DNA of 64,000 bases from Anaerohalosphaeraceae bacterium (GCA_963675525.2 CAXXSL010000011.1:512001-576000); one strand, 5' to 3'; shown: positions 28,784-38,367, counted from the first letter of the stretch. Notes: generated by a model from the sequence alone, not told the origin. Numbers and translations are program-made.

Positions 28784-29674
28784 AAACATCAGCATCACGT
28801 CATTATTGTTGCTGTCACCGGTGCCGTTGCCTGCATAGGTCAATTCATAAGCGTAATCCACACCGCCAAAGTTCATTAGCACCGACGCACCTTCAACTGC
28901 GGAAATACCATTGACGGTATCGAACGTGCCGTAGAGTGACCCGCCGCTCATGTCCTCAAACAAGAGAATGTCTTCTGTCGGCGGGGCTTCGAGCAGGCTG
29001 ATAATGAGATCCGCCGTTGAGTCATCGCCGCCCATGTCAAGATAGACATTGTCCGTCATCTGAATAGGGCTGACGCCGGTCGAGTCGATCCGGAACTCAA
29101 CTGTTCCGGCACCAAAAGCCGAGCCGTCACTGTGGGCGCCGATGTAGCACTTTCGCATTTGAATGGTTGCCTCGGACCCTACGACGGTAAATGTGCCGCT
29201 GCTTCCGTCCCTTCCGACATACAGGTAGCCATCGCTTTCGAAATTTGTCAGTGTCCCGCCGCTGATGAGATAGCTCGAACCGGCGGTGCCGGGGGCTTGT
29301 CCCCCGACGTATAATTTATCTTTGTAAACACTTACGAGCCCGCCGGTTTGTATGACATGCCCCGGCGTGTTGTAGCCGACCTGAAAACGTGCCGGTTTGA
29401 CGACCCCGTTTTCTTCGATGATGAGCGTCGCATTGTCGTACACATCCATACCCTGATCACTTAATTCCCAGGCACTTTCATCGGTATTTAATGTGCACGC
29501 AGCATCACTGCCGTATATCTTGACTTTGCTGGTTCCATCCGGAATGCCGTCGCCGGTCCATTTGGCTGTCTCTGACCAATAACCGATCTGGTTGTCCCAT
29601 TTGTGATCTGCAAAAACACCGGTGCTGAAAACACAGACCAGCAAGAAAATGATCAACAAGCAGATACTTTTCAT
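28715..29674 (-). CDS. PEP-CTERM protein with Gly-rich beta-helix/passenger-like repeats
   Basis: ATG 29674 with GGAGGA RBS; repeats QTGGLV, LYVGG..G, ISGGTL, LYVGRDG; tail VPEPMTLVLLGLGGLIAIRKKR. Confidence 0.85.
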   Translation of the reverse strand: MKSICLLIIFLLVCVFSTGVFADHKWDNQIGYWSETAKWTGDGIPDGTSKVKIYGSDAACTLNTDESAWELSDQGMDVYDNATLIIEENGVVKPARFQVGYNTPGHVIQTGGLVSVYKDKLYVGGQAPGTAGSSYLISGGTLTNFESDGYLYVGRDGSSGTFTVVGSEATIQMRKCYIGAHSDGSAFGAGTVEFRIDSTGVSPIQMTDNVYLDMGGDDSTADLIISLLEAPPTEDILLFEDMSGGSLYGTFDTVNGISAVEGASVLMNFGGVDYAYELTYAGNGTGDSNNNDVMLMFVPEPMTLVLLGLGGLIAIRKKR

Positions 29675-29780
29675 CTTCCCAATCCTCCAAACCAAAAAAA
29701 CATAAATGGACTAAATTACTCTATGCTTTACTTTGGTGTGATAAAAAGCACATAGCATTTACCCATATTCACGTCTCTGT

Positions 29781-29845
29781 ATTATCCTAAAAATACCCTT
29801 TTACTACAAGTCAATTTCGCGCAAAACAAAGGCGATTTTGCGCAA
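29781..29845 (-). promoter_or_regulatory. Tandem activator site plus sigma70 promoter for the PEP-CTERM array
   Basis: Minus strand: TTGCGCAAAATCG...GCGCGAAATTGA C TTGTAG-17 nt-GATAAT. Confidence 0.75.
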
Positions 29846-29910
29846 ACACTTGATTTACAATCGCTAAAGAAGTTAAAAACACCCACAAACTGACTTACCT
29901 GTTGTACTGC

Positions 29911-30744
29911 CTATTTTGTGATATATTCGACCCTGAAACGATGAAAGTCGATAATATCGGACGCAGTATCAGCCGTGTTGAAACGGAAGAACAGTTGTTC
30001 GAAATCTGTGTAAATCCCGCTGGAGTCGAGCATTGAGTGTGTGGAAAACACACCGCCGGCATCGGCAATCGCAAAAGTTACCTGCATCTGATCATCCGCA
30101 ATACGTTCCAGTTTCAACGTCAGGGTGTAACGGGTGTCCAGTACATTGATAATCGGTCTGCCGCCGCTGGTAAACGTCCAGGGGGTTCCTGACCCCATAA
30201 GGCTGGTTTGGGTCAGGTCGGTGCGTTTGCCGACGTTGGGCTTTGCGGATTGTGTCGCGCCCGTACTCAGGGCGATTTGTACGCCATAACCGGTTGCATC
30301 GGTCCAGGGATCGCCGGTTCCGCCGCTATCACTGTTGGTATTTGACAATATCTGGTTATTGGTAGGGTCATTGAAAAGACCAAAACGAAAGCCGCGAGAC
30401 GAATTATCATACAAAGCCCCTCGCGGGGTGAACTCGATCGTAGCGATAATCTGTTCGCCGACGCCCAATGATACCGGATTGTCTTCGGCCCTAAAATAAG
30501 TCCACAGCTTCTGGCTGCTGGTACTCTGCTTGTATGCCAGAGAGCCCGTGCTCATCGTTACACCGCCACCGCCTGTAACGCTATACCCTACCCAAACCGG
30601 CGATTCGTTAGGCAAATTGGGCTCAACACAGCTTGCGTCGGCCCAGGTGTCATCCAGCAACACCACCGCGGAACAGACGCTGCTGAAGGCGATAACAGCC
30701 GCTACAAAAACAGGGTACTTTAGTAAGGGTGAGGTGTTTTTCAT
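29911..30744 (-). CDS. Secreted hypothetical beta-rich protein (lectin/jelly-roll-like)
   Basis: Signal peptide ending CSA; Ser/Thr/Gly-rich; GGAG RBS; no recognisable catalytic motif. Confidence 0.7.
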   Translation of the reverse strand: MKNTSPLLKYPVFVAAVIAFSSVCSAVVLLDDTWADASCVEPNLPNESPVWVGYSVTGGGGVTMSTGSLAYKQSTSSQKLWTYFRAEDNPVSLGVGEQIIATIEFTPRGALYDNSSRGFRFGLFNDPTNNQILSNTNSDSGGTGDPWTDATGYGVQIALSTGATQSAKPNVGKRTDLTQTSLMGSGTPWTFTSGGRPIINVLDTRYTLTLKLERIADDQMQVTFAIADAGGVFSTHSMLDSSGIYTDFEQLFFRFNTADTASDIIDFHRFRVEYITK

Positions 30745-30848
30745 CTTGATTAGTCTCCAAAATATTAAATAATACAGGTTGTTGTTGTTTTGCTCTTTCC
30801 TCGGCGAGGTAGAACACTCCGGAATTTACCCACTTTCGTATCCGTATC

Positions 30849-30914
30849 ACAATCATAAAAAAACTCTTTTGATACAAGGCAATATCGCGCTAAAATAAAG
30901 GCGGTTTTGCGCAA
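30849..30914 (-). promoter_or_regulatory. Tandem activator site plus probable promoter
   Basis: Minus strand: TTGCGCAAAACCG...GCGCGATATTGC C TTGTAT; the -10 is weaker (GATTGT at 17 nt, TATGAT at 14 nt). Confidence 0.7.
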
Positions 30915-31209
30915 TCTCGCCCGAAAGGAGCTTTTGAGAAAACCATGGATTGCTTCTGTAAACCCATCGGTGAAAATGAGTTACCCGTTGGTCTGTCTTT
31001 GGTAACCGGTGTTAACCTATAATGGTCTTAAAATGCTTAATCCTCCGATAAGCGCATCGACTCAATTGTGCAAAACCTCTGTTTCCGGAAACGGTGAAAC
31101 AAAATAACTTCTTGACTTTATGCCCTGTGAAAGATTAATTTGTAATCGAAAGATTGTCGCCCAACAGCAGATTGTTGTTGGATCGCCATTATAAAATGGG
31201 AGTTATTCT

Positions 31210-32400
31210 ATGAAACAACTGATCAAAATCGGTTTTGCACACAATGAAAACGGCCACAATGACAAAGGCATCGGTCGGGGTATTGCACAGTACATTCGCA
31301 GTAAAGGACGATTTCAATTAATTGCCTGGCCCGATACTTCCCGGGAATCCATCACTTTTCTTAAAAAGCAGGGGTGTCAGGGAGTTATCGCAAGCATTGC
31401 CACTACGGCACAAGCAAATCAGCTTTATCAACTCGGAATCCCGATCATCGCTTATTCGACAGTGCAGAATATGGGACATTTGCCTTTTATCAGTTCCGAT
31501 TCACAACGGGTCGCCGAACTTGCCTTTGAATACCTGTCTGGCAAACAATTCAAACATTATGCCTTTTTTGGTCTCACGGAAGCTCGCTGGAGCACCGAAA
31601 GATTAACGTACTTTTCTGATCTAGTGTCTCAATCCGGCTGTCAACTCCACGTCTTTGAGGGAAAACCGCTACGCATGGCACATAATCTGCCGGGATTCGC
31701 CAAACTCTGGGCGGACACGACAATGAAGCAAGATCAACATGACCTGATGACATGGCTCGAAGAACTCCCCAAACCCATTGGCATCCTGGTCAGTTGCGAT
31801 ATTCTCGGCTGCCATTTGAGTCAGGTTGCCACGGAAATCGGATTATCGATCCCGGACGATATCGCTATTTTGGGCATTGACAATAATGAGTCCCTCTGCA
31901 ATATTTGCACCCCCCCGCTGTCCAGCATTGCGCTAAACCTGAACAAGGCCGGCTATGATGCAGCCGAACTGCTGGATCGAATTATTTCCGGAAAAGAACA
32001 GTTACAAGGGCAACAGATCAAAATACAAACCCGGGAGGTAAAAGAACGGGCCTCAACGGATATCCTCGCGATCGACGACCCGGATGTTCTGAATGCTTTA
32101 AAATATATTCGCACACACGAGAACGAACCGCTTCAGGTCGAAGATATCGCCCAACACATCTGTATCAGCAAGCGTTCGCTTCAGATGAAATTCCACCATA
32201 TCCTCAAAACTTCGATTCATGACGCGATTGTCCACGCGCATTTTAACCTTGCCCGGCAATTGATCCTTGAAACGGATCTTTCCATTGAGGACATTGCGAT
32301 TCGGTCCGGCTTTCACTACAGTTCCAACATGCGGCGAGCCTTCCTGGATATTACCGGCATGCTGCCGCAAAAATACCGCCAAACCCATCGCGGCCCATAG
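31210..32400 (+). CDS. XylR-type transcriptional activator (periplasmic-binding-protein-like sensor + AraC HTH)
   Basis: LPKPIGI..CD, IPDDIAILGIDN, CTPPLSSI, RASTD; C-terminal double HTH ...IAIRSGF...F...TGMLPQKYR. Confidence 0.92.
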   Translation: MKQLIKIGFAHNENGHNDKGIGRGIAQYIRSKGRFQLIAWPDTSRESITFLKKQGCQGVIASIATTAQANQLYQLGIPIIAYSTVQNMGHLPFISSDSQRVAELAFEYLSGKQFKHYAFFGLTEARWSTERLTYFSDLVSQSGCQLHVFEGKPLRMAHNLPGFAKLWADTTMKQDQHDLMTWLEELPKPIGILVSCDILGCHLSQVATEIGLSIPDDIAILGIDNNESLCNICTPPLSSIALNLNKAGYDAAELLDRIISGKEQLQGQQIKIQTREVKERASTDILAIDDPDVLNALKYIRTHENEPLQVEDIAQHICISKRSLQMKFHHILKTSIHDAIVHAHFNLARQLILETDLSIEDIAIRSGFHYSSNMRRAFLDITGMLPQKYRQTHRGP

Positions 32401-32416
32401 ATGGCGATATGGATGC

Positions 32417-34603
32417 CTAAGGCATGGGCTTAAGCCCTTCCCACTGCACGACCCACTGGCCATTATCCGGGAAGCCGGGGGCATGTCTGTCGGGCGCACC
32501 GTCCCATCCGGCAGCCATCATCGCGACGGCAGTCAATAATCCCCCGTTGCCGGGCAGATATAACGGAAGATTTTCCCGCTGATAATTGTGTCCATTGGGC
32601 CAGTAAAGATTCTTTTTGGATTCAATAAAGAAGGCGTCGACCGCCAGTTCCGGCAGACCCACCCGCGCCGCTGTCATCGCCAGCATCGGGTAATCCCATC
32701 CCCACGTATCCGGCCATTGCCATGTATCATACACATGCTGAGCGGTTTTTCGCATGGTATCAGTATCCACCAGCGGTGTTTTGGGCAGCAGACCCAGTGC
32801 CGCCAGCATAGACGGATGATCGGTGGTATTCGTGTAAGGTTCCGGCTCAACGGCGGTATAAACACCGTCACGAACCGGCAGTGATGACAAGTTGTTGAGG
32901 ACTTGGTCCCATTTTTCATTTCGTTCCATACCCAAACGGACACGCCACTGTTGTGCTGTCTGGAGACCCCAATACCAGTAACACAACTCATATGTCGGGT
33001 TAAACGTCACGGGGTGTTCATAATTTTCCTGAGCGGGAATCAGCGGCGGCCCCAGCACATAGCGTTTTTGCTCGGCATCCCAGTGCGCAAAATCGGCCAT
33101 AAAGCTGGCCGTTTCAAACACAACATCTTTATATTGATTCAGTGTTATGCTGTTCGGTTTTTGACGATAGACCAATTCGGCGTAATAGATCGGATGCGGC
33201 TGCTGCCAGATCAGCATCGGCCCGATACCCGAGGGCGAGTCCTCACCATTCGGGTTCGTCATCTTGGGCCAGCGAACGCCGCTGTATCCCTGCCTCTTGG
33301 CAATGCTGCGAGCCGCCGGCAAAATATCTTTATACCAACCGAGGCTCCCTTCCAGCATTTCCACTCTATCCCACAGCGCAAAATGCACACTGTGCCACCA
33401 GTGCATTTCCAGGTGGAACTTGCCGAACCAACTGTTGCAGGTCAGGCCGGTTTCCTGCGGCGGATATTTCTGTGCCGACTGAATCGCTGTCAAATACTGC
33501 GACAGAACGATTCGACGCTCCAATTCTTTCCAACGTGAGTCTTTACTGGCCGAAAGATCGATCGCACCGCCAGTCGTCCAGAAATTTTTCCAGTCGTCTG
33601 TACATAACTGCTGAACCGTTTTGACATCCTGAATAGTATGGTCATCAATCGTTTCCGTGAATACAATCGAACATTCAAAGGTATCGCCCTTTTGTGATGG
33701 GTCAAGCTGATATTCGTGATTGGTCGCTTTACTGACTTTGGCGCCTTTGGAAAATGCAGCATAACAGAGATAGTGTTTTGTATCCATCGTCCGCTCAAAA
33801 ACTGCCAGTGAGGGCGATTTTTGCGTCATTTTCGTTTGATGCTTTTGCGGTGAAGTCCAGTCCGCCGGGTCCGGCCCCCATGTCCCCGCGGCATAAGGAA
33901 ATTTCAGGCTCACACTTAAACGCCCCGCCGTAATCAGCGGCGATTGAATTTTGACCGCAATCTGGTCTCGATGCGGATGTACACAGGTTTCAACGGTCAC
34001 AGGCTGACCTTCAATTTCAAACCGGCTGATCAGCAGTCCCTTCCAGAGATTCAGTTCCTGCTGAATCTTCTGAACATCGTCCACTTTGACCCTCATGCCA
34101 TCCTCTTTCTTCAGCACCAATCCCACCAGCCCGAGCGTAATTTGATGCGGATTGGCGCGCAGGTAACCAGCCGCCGGGCATTTCTGATTCCTGTTATAAA
34201 GAACCTTGCGGCCGTACGTATCGATCTCAACAAACGAATCAGACAATTGATATCCTTCGGTATTGGGAAACGTGTGCCAACCCCATTCGGCCATCGTCGT
34301 CAGCGGAATCCCGTCCTGATACGGATTGGGGAAAGTCTGAAGACCCGTCACATCCGCGGTAAATACAAACCTTCCGTTGCCCACAGACAGCGGCGAGAAT
34401 GCGTGCACTTTTTCGATTTTCACGGTATGGCGTTGGACAAGGGCAGACCGGTCAATCTTGTCTCCGGCCGCCATCAAAAAAGGTATAAAACACAGATACA
34501 CCAGCAGAAAAAACCACTTTCTTTCATCCTGCCATTTTGATTCTGTGCCCATTTGCCGTCTCAATTTGTTCCGATAATCCATCGCTTGCCTTTCCGAATC
34601 CAC
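32417..34603 (-). CDS. Secreted six-hairpin glycosidase, GH65/GH95-like; start uncertain (34603/34582)
   Basis: IDRSALVQRH, PLSVGNG.F.FTADVTGLQTF, PPQETGL, WFGKFHLEMHWWH, WGWDYPM, YLPGNGGLL. Confidence 0.75.
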   Translation of the reverse strand: MDSERQAMDYRNKLRRQMGTESKWQDERKWFFLLVYLCFIPFLMAAGDKIDRSALVQRHTVKIEKVHAFSPLSVGNGRFVFTADVTGLQTFPNPYQDGIPLTTMAEWGWHTFPNTEGYQLSDSFVEIDTYGRKVLYNRNQKCPAAGYLRANPHQITLGLVGLVLKKEDGMRVKVDDVQKIQQELNLWKGLLISRFEIEGQPVTVETCVHPHRDQIAVKIQSPLITAGRLSVSLKFPYAAGTWGPDPADWTSPQKHQTKMTQKSPSLAVFERTMDTKHYLCYAAFSKGAKVSKATNHEYQLDPSQKGDTFECSIVFTETIDDHTIQDVKTVQQLCTDDWKNFWTTGGAIDLSASKDSRWKELERRIVLSQYLTAIQSAQKYPPQETGLTCNSWFGKFHLEMHWWHSVHFALWDRVEMLEGSLGWYKDILPAARSIAKRQGYSGVRWPKMTNPNGEDSPSGIGPMLIWQQPHPIYYAELVYRQKPNSITLNQYKDVVFETASFMADFAHWDAEQKRYVLGPPLIPAQENYEHPVTFNPTYELCYWYWGLQTAQQWRVRLGMERNEKWDQVLNNLSSLPVRDGVYTAVEPEPYTNTTDHPSMLAALGLLPKTPLVDTDTMRKTAQHVYDTWQWPDTWGWDYPMLAMTAARVGLPELAVDAFFIESKKNLYWPNGHNYQRENLPLYLPGNGGLLTAVAMMAAGWDGAPDRHAPGFPDNGQWVVQWEGLKPMP

Positions 34604-34640
34604 TATCTCAGCTTTTCTTTACCCTGATACAATTATTAAA

Positions 34641-34705
34641 ATGATATATCAATATTATTCTTTGCACAAAAGTGTAAATGCACGTTTTTTTTATATTTTG
34701 CGCAA
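34641..34705 (-). promoter_or_regulatory. Promoter of the GH65-like gene, sharing the palindromic activator core
   Basis: Minus strand: TTGCGCAAAATAT...GTGCATTTACAC..TTGTGC-17 nt-TATCAT; distance from GCGC to the -35 is the same as at the 29781 site. Confidence 0.6.
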
Positions 34706-34763
34706 AATCAACTTTTGTTTTGCTTGAAATCAACTTGTATGAGCAGTCTTTTTTTGATAACAT
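34698..34763 (+). promoter_or_regulatory. Tandem activator site plus sigma70 promoter of the GH43 gene
   Basis: TTGCGCAAAATCA...GCTTGAAATCAA C TTGTAT-17 nt-TAACAT. Confidence 0.7.
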
Positions 34764-34864
34764 AGAGTAAAAATGAGCAAGGCATAAGTTCCGTTGGACT
34801 CATATCCTTGTTTGCGGGGGTGGCGTCAATGGGAATTATGATTTAAGTTGAAACACAATATTTT

Positions 34865-36610
34865 ATGAAAATGAAAAAGAGAGCGTTTTTTTCGTTACTG
34901 CTGTTAATGGTCGGGATTTCTTCAGGAAACGTGAATTTGGATAATATTACAGATCAAGATCAAATACTCAAGGTGTCGGGCGAAAAGAGCCGGATACATA
35001 CACGATTAGCGCAAGAGTTCGTGTCCCACCCTGAGACCATATCTCAAACGGATTCCGCTGATTACAGATCGAAAGTATGGTCTCCGGAAACTCCGGGAGG
35101 TACATATCAAAATCCAGTCCTGTATGCAGATTATTCTGATCCCGATTTGATTCGAGTTGGCCAGGATTACTATATGACCTCATCAAGCTTTTCATGTATT
35201 CCTGGTCTGCCTGTACTTCATTCCAAAGATTTGGTTAATTGGTCGCTGATTGGGCATGCCCTTCGCAGATATCCCAACGAACTTTTTAATAGCCCCCAAC
35301 ATGGAAAAGGGGTCTGGGCCCCGTGCATTCGTTATCACAATAACCTGTTTTACATTTACTGGGGCGATCCGGATGCGGGCATTTACATGGTCCGGTCTCA
35401 GAACCCGTCCGGCCCATGGGAAGATCCTGTTTTGGTATTAAGCGGAATCGGAATGATCGACCCCAGTCCGTTATGGGATGAGGATGGAAAAGCGTATCTT
35501 ATCCATGCTTGGGCTGCCAGCCGTGTCGGCGTCAAAAGTCTTTTGACAGTACACCCCATGAATCCGGAAGGAACAAAAGTCAGTCTGAATGGAAAGCATG
35601 TATTTGACGGAAATGGTTATCAACCGACGATTGAGGGCCCGAAATTATACAAAAGAAACGGTTACTATTATATTCTGGCGCCGGCCGGCGGGGTAAAAAC
35701 CGGCTGGCAGTTGGCACTGCGTTCCAGAGATATCTACGGTCCTTACGACTGCAAGGTTGTTCTTGAACAGGGCACCGCTGCAATCAATGGACCGCATCAG
35801 GGCGGATGGGTTGAAACGCCCTCCGGCCAATCGTGGTTTCTGCATTTTCAGGATTTAAAGGCCTATGGCCGAGTTGTCCACTTGCAGCCTGTCACATGGC
35901 AGCAGGACTGGCCCCTGATGGGCAATCTCAACGATAGTAGCGAGAAATGGGAGCCGGTGCTTACCGGGAAAAAACCGGAGTGCAAAGACAGCGGGCCTAT
36001 CGTCAATCCAATAGAATCCGATGAATTCAACAACGACCAACTCGGTTTACAGTGGCAGTGGCAGGCCAACCCGAAATTAACATGGCATGCACTGTTGCGA
36101 AATACCAATTATCTGCGTTTATTCGCACAAAAACTTCCTCATGAAAATGCGACCCTTTGGGACGCCGGCAATCTCCTGATGCAAAAATTTCCGGCACCTG
36201 CGTTTACTGCCACCACAAAAGTAAAGTTCACGCCGAATAAACACGGAACACGAACGGGTTTGGTGGTAATGGGCAAAGATTATGCCTGCCTGTCAATGAC
36301 TGCGACGGAAAGCGGGTATTCGCTGTCTCAGATTGCGTGCACGGATGCCCACAAAGGCAGCCGGGAAAAAGTTCTTGAAGAAACGACGTTATCCGAGAAC
36401 ACGGTTTATCTACGGGTTACGGTTAGTGCGCCGGAGGCAACTTGTGAATTCAGCTATAGTGCTGACGGGAAAACATTCCACTCTCTTGGAAAACCTTTTG
36501 AAGCCAAGCCCGGAATTTGGATTGGTGCCAAAGTCGGTTTGTTCTGTATCAGACAACAGGATGTTCCCAATGGAGGTTATGCGGACTTTGACTGGTTTCG
36601 AATCGAATAA
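34865..36610 (+). CDS. GH43 beta-xylosidase/arabinofuranosidase-type enzyme with C-terminal beta-sandwich
   Basis: NPVLYADYSDPD, VWAP, IDP, IEGPK, GPHQGG, WIGAKVGLF, ADFDWFR; signal peptide. Confidence 0.92.
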   Translation: MKMKKRAFFSLLLLMVGISSGNVNLDNITDQDQILKVSGEKSRIHTRLAQEFVSHPETISQTDSADYRSKVWSPETPGGTYQNPVLYADYSDPDLIRVGQDYYMTSSSFSCIPGLPVLHSKDLVNWSLIGHALRRYPNELFNSPQHGKGVWAPCIRYHNNLFYIYWGDPDAGIYMVRSQNPSGPWEDPVLVLSGIGMIDPSPLWDEDGKAYLIHAWAASRVGVKSLLTVHPMNPEGTKVSLNGKHVFDGNGYQPTIEGPKLYKRNGYYYILAPAGGVKTGWQLALRSRDIYGPYDCKVVLEQGTAAINGPHQGGWVETPSGQSWFLHFQDLKAYGRVVHLQPVTWQQDWPLMGNLNDSSEKWEPVLTGKKPECKDSGPIVNPIESDEFNNDQLGLQWQWQANPKLTWHALLRNTNYLRLFAQKLPHENATLWDAGNLLMQKFPAPAFTATTKVKFTPNKHGTRTGLVVMGKDYACLSMTATESGYSLSQIACTDAHKGSREKVLEETTLSENTVYLRVTVSAPEATCEFSYSADGKTFHSLGKPFEAKPGIWIGAKVGLFCIRQQDVPNGGYADFDWFRIE

Positions 36611-36934
36611 TTTTAGACTAAGATGTCCGCATTGCTATTACAAACAATCCCCAAGACACGCTTATAAACGGGTAACTGGAAATCGCTTCATCTAAAACTA
36701 ACGGAATGAAAATACTGAAATCTGATTGCAATTCACTTTATTACAGACCCTATCACCCCACCGGTCAACTTCTTGACACCTGCCCTATGCTTGTATTGTA
36801 TAGAAGAACTTTTAAGTGATTGTAACAAGCTCTCATTAAGTTTTTTTACTTCAGATAATTCTTTTCGTAGTCGATCAGTTGCTGACTCAGTTTCTTGATG
36901 TTCTGATTTATATATTTCTTCTTCCTTTTTCCAT

Positions 36935-37030
36935 TATCTTGAAGGGAAGGCCTTGCCGGGGCCTCTCTGTTTTTCGCGTAAAACTTTGATTTCTTCTTGT
37001 AAGTACTCAATGACATTCTGCGTGGTTTGT
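36935..37030 (-). mobile_element. Possible short remnant of an integrase-core (IS3-like) transposase
   Basis: Minus-strand translation QTTQNVIEYLQEEIKVLREKQ resembles the QQ.VI.YL.EEN.VLRE N-terminus I recall from planctomycete integrase-core transposases; no IRs seen. Confidence 0.35.
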
Positions 37031-37100
37031 TTTGAATCGCATTTTCATTTACATAGAGAAAAAACTATCTTTCAAGTGGTCAAAACTGTCAAATACTTAC

Positions 37101-38321
37101 CTACAGCAGCAATTGCAGGTGATTTAAGTACTCTCGTTCCTGTCGATATCTGGCAATAATAATTTCTTCCATAGATTTTGCTATTTGACGAAACGTCGGC
37201 CCGGGATTGACCGTCTCTACCAACTCTATCCAGTCCGGCAGAATTTTGTCGGCCCCGTTAAATGCCCCGGCAATGGCCCCCGCCACGCTTGCAGAACTGT
37301 CATTGTCCCTGCCGCAGTTGACAGCACCTTTAATGGTTTCAGTGTAGTCGCCCTTAGCGGCACAAAACATCGCAACAGCGATGGCCAGTGTTTCACCTGC
37401 ATCAGCGCCAAATTGCTGCTGTACATGCTTCAGCAATTCCTCTCTGAGCGTATAGGGATTCCCGTGTTTTTCCGCCAGCTCAACGGCCTGTTTTATGAGT
37501 TTTTCGTTTTTTACGCCAACAACATCGTACAGTTTGTTTCCCTGCCAGCGATGCCCTTCGACCTGACTTTTATGGATTTTTGCGGCATCTAAACCGTCAC
37601 TTACAATTTCATTAATGGTCGCATCGGGTTTCATGGCGGAAGCAATCATGGCCGCAGCGATGGCGGCAGAATATCGCGGGTACCCTTCCGATGTAAATAA
37701 TGCATCGAAAGCATCCGTCAGGGCTTTTTGAGGATTACAGGCGTTGATTACACCAAACGGCGCAATCCCCATAATCGCTCCGTTTGTCGGCTGTCCTCCG
37801 AATACAGATTTTTGGTCTCGATAGACGGCCTTGAGATAATACTCTTCGATAAATTGCTTAGGCAATCCTTCTTCGGCCGAATGATAGTAATCAATAATCG
37901 CCTTTGCAACATCTTTATCTGTGGGAACGCCCCTCTTATTCAGGATTGCCTGGCTAAATATTTTCGACATGCGTGTGTCGTCAGTATAGGTGCCTGCTCT
38001 TTTCGCCCAAGGTCCGTGCACACCCAGATCCCTATCATACGGTAGAAGGGTTTCCACTTTACCATGAACCTCTTCGATTTTCTGATAATCCCAGAACTCG
38101 ACAGGACCTCCCATGGCGTCCCCAATTGCAGCCCCTATCAGCGCGCCGTATATTTTCTTAAAGAGTGGTGTTTGTTGTTTTTGAGTCGAGGGGTGTGGGA
38201 TTTCTGGGTTGTTGCTGGCTAAGATCAAACTGGAATCTAGTGCGCCGAATCCCAGAGCCATCGCCCCCGTTCCCAGGCCGGTAAACTTCAGGAGGGCACG
38301 GCGATTAAAAATAGTGTCCAT
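37101..38321 (-). CDS. Tat-exported ADP-ribosylglycohydrolase-family protein
   Basis: ATG 38321 with AAGGAGG RBS; NRRALLK Tat signal; GAAIGDAMGGPVE, YTDDT, NGAIM, GRDNDSSASVAGAIAGA. Confidence 0.88.
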   Translation of the reverse strand: MDTIFNRRALLKFTGLGTGAMALGFGALDSSLILASNNPEIPHPSTQKQQTPLFKKIYGALIGAAIGDAMGGPVEFWDYQKIEEVHGKVETLLPYDRDLGVHGPWAKRAGTYTDDTRMSKIFSQAILNKRGVPTDKDVAKAIIDYYHSAEEGLPKQFIEEYYLKAVYRDQKSVFGGQPTNGAIMGIAPFGVINACNPQKALTDAFDALFTSEGYPRYSAAIAAAMIASAMKPDATINEIVSDGLDAAKIHKSQVEGHRWQGNKLYDVVGVKNEKLIKQAVELAEKHGNPYTLREELLKHVQQQFGADAGETLAIAVAMFCAAKGDYTETIKGAVNCGRDNDSSASVAGAIAGAFNGADKILPDWIELVETVNPGPTFRQIAKSMEEIIIARYRQEREYLNHLQLLL

Positions 38322-38367
38322 GATATATATTTCCTCCTTGAATATGCATGGCAAATTTCATCGTGCA

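Noticed and set aside
31066..31080. TTGTGCAAAACC half-site upstream of the XylR-type gene
   Set aside because: No properly spaced second half-site or adjacent TTGT -35
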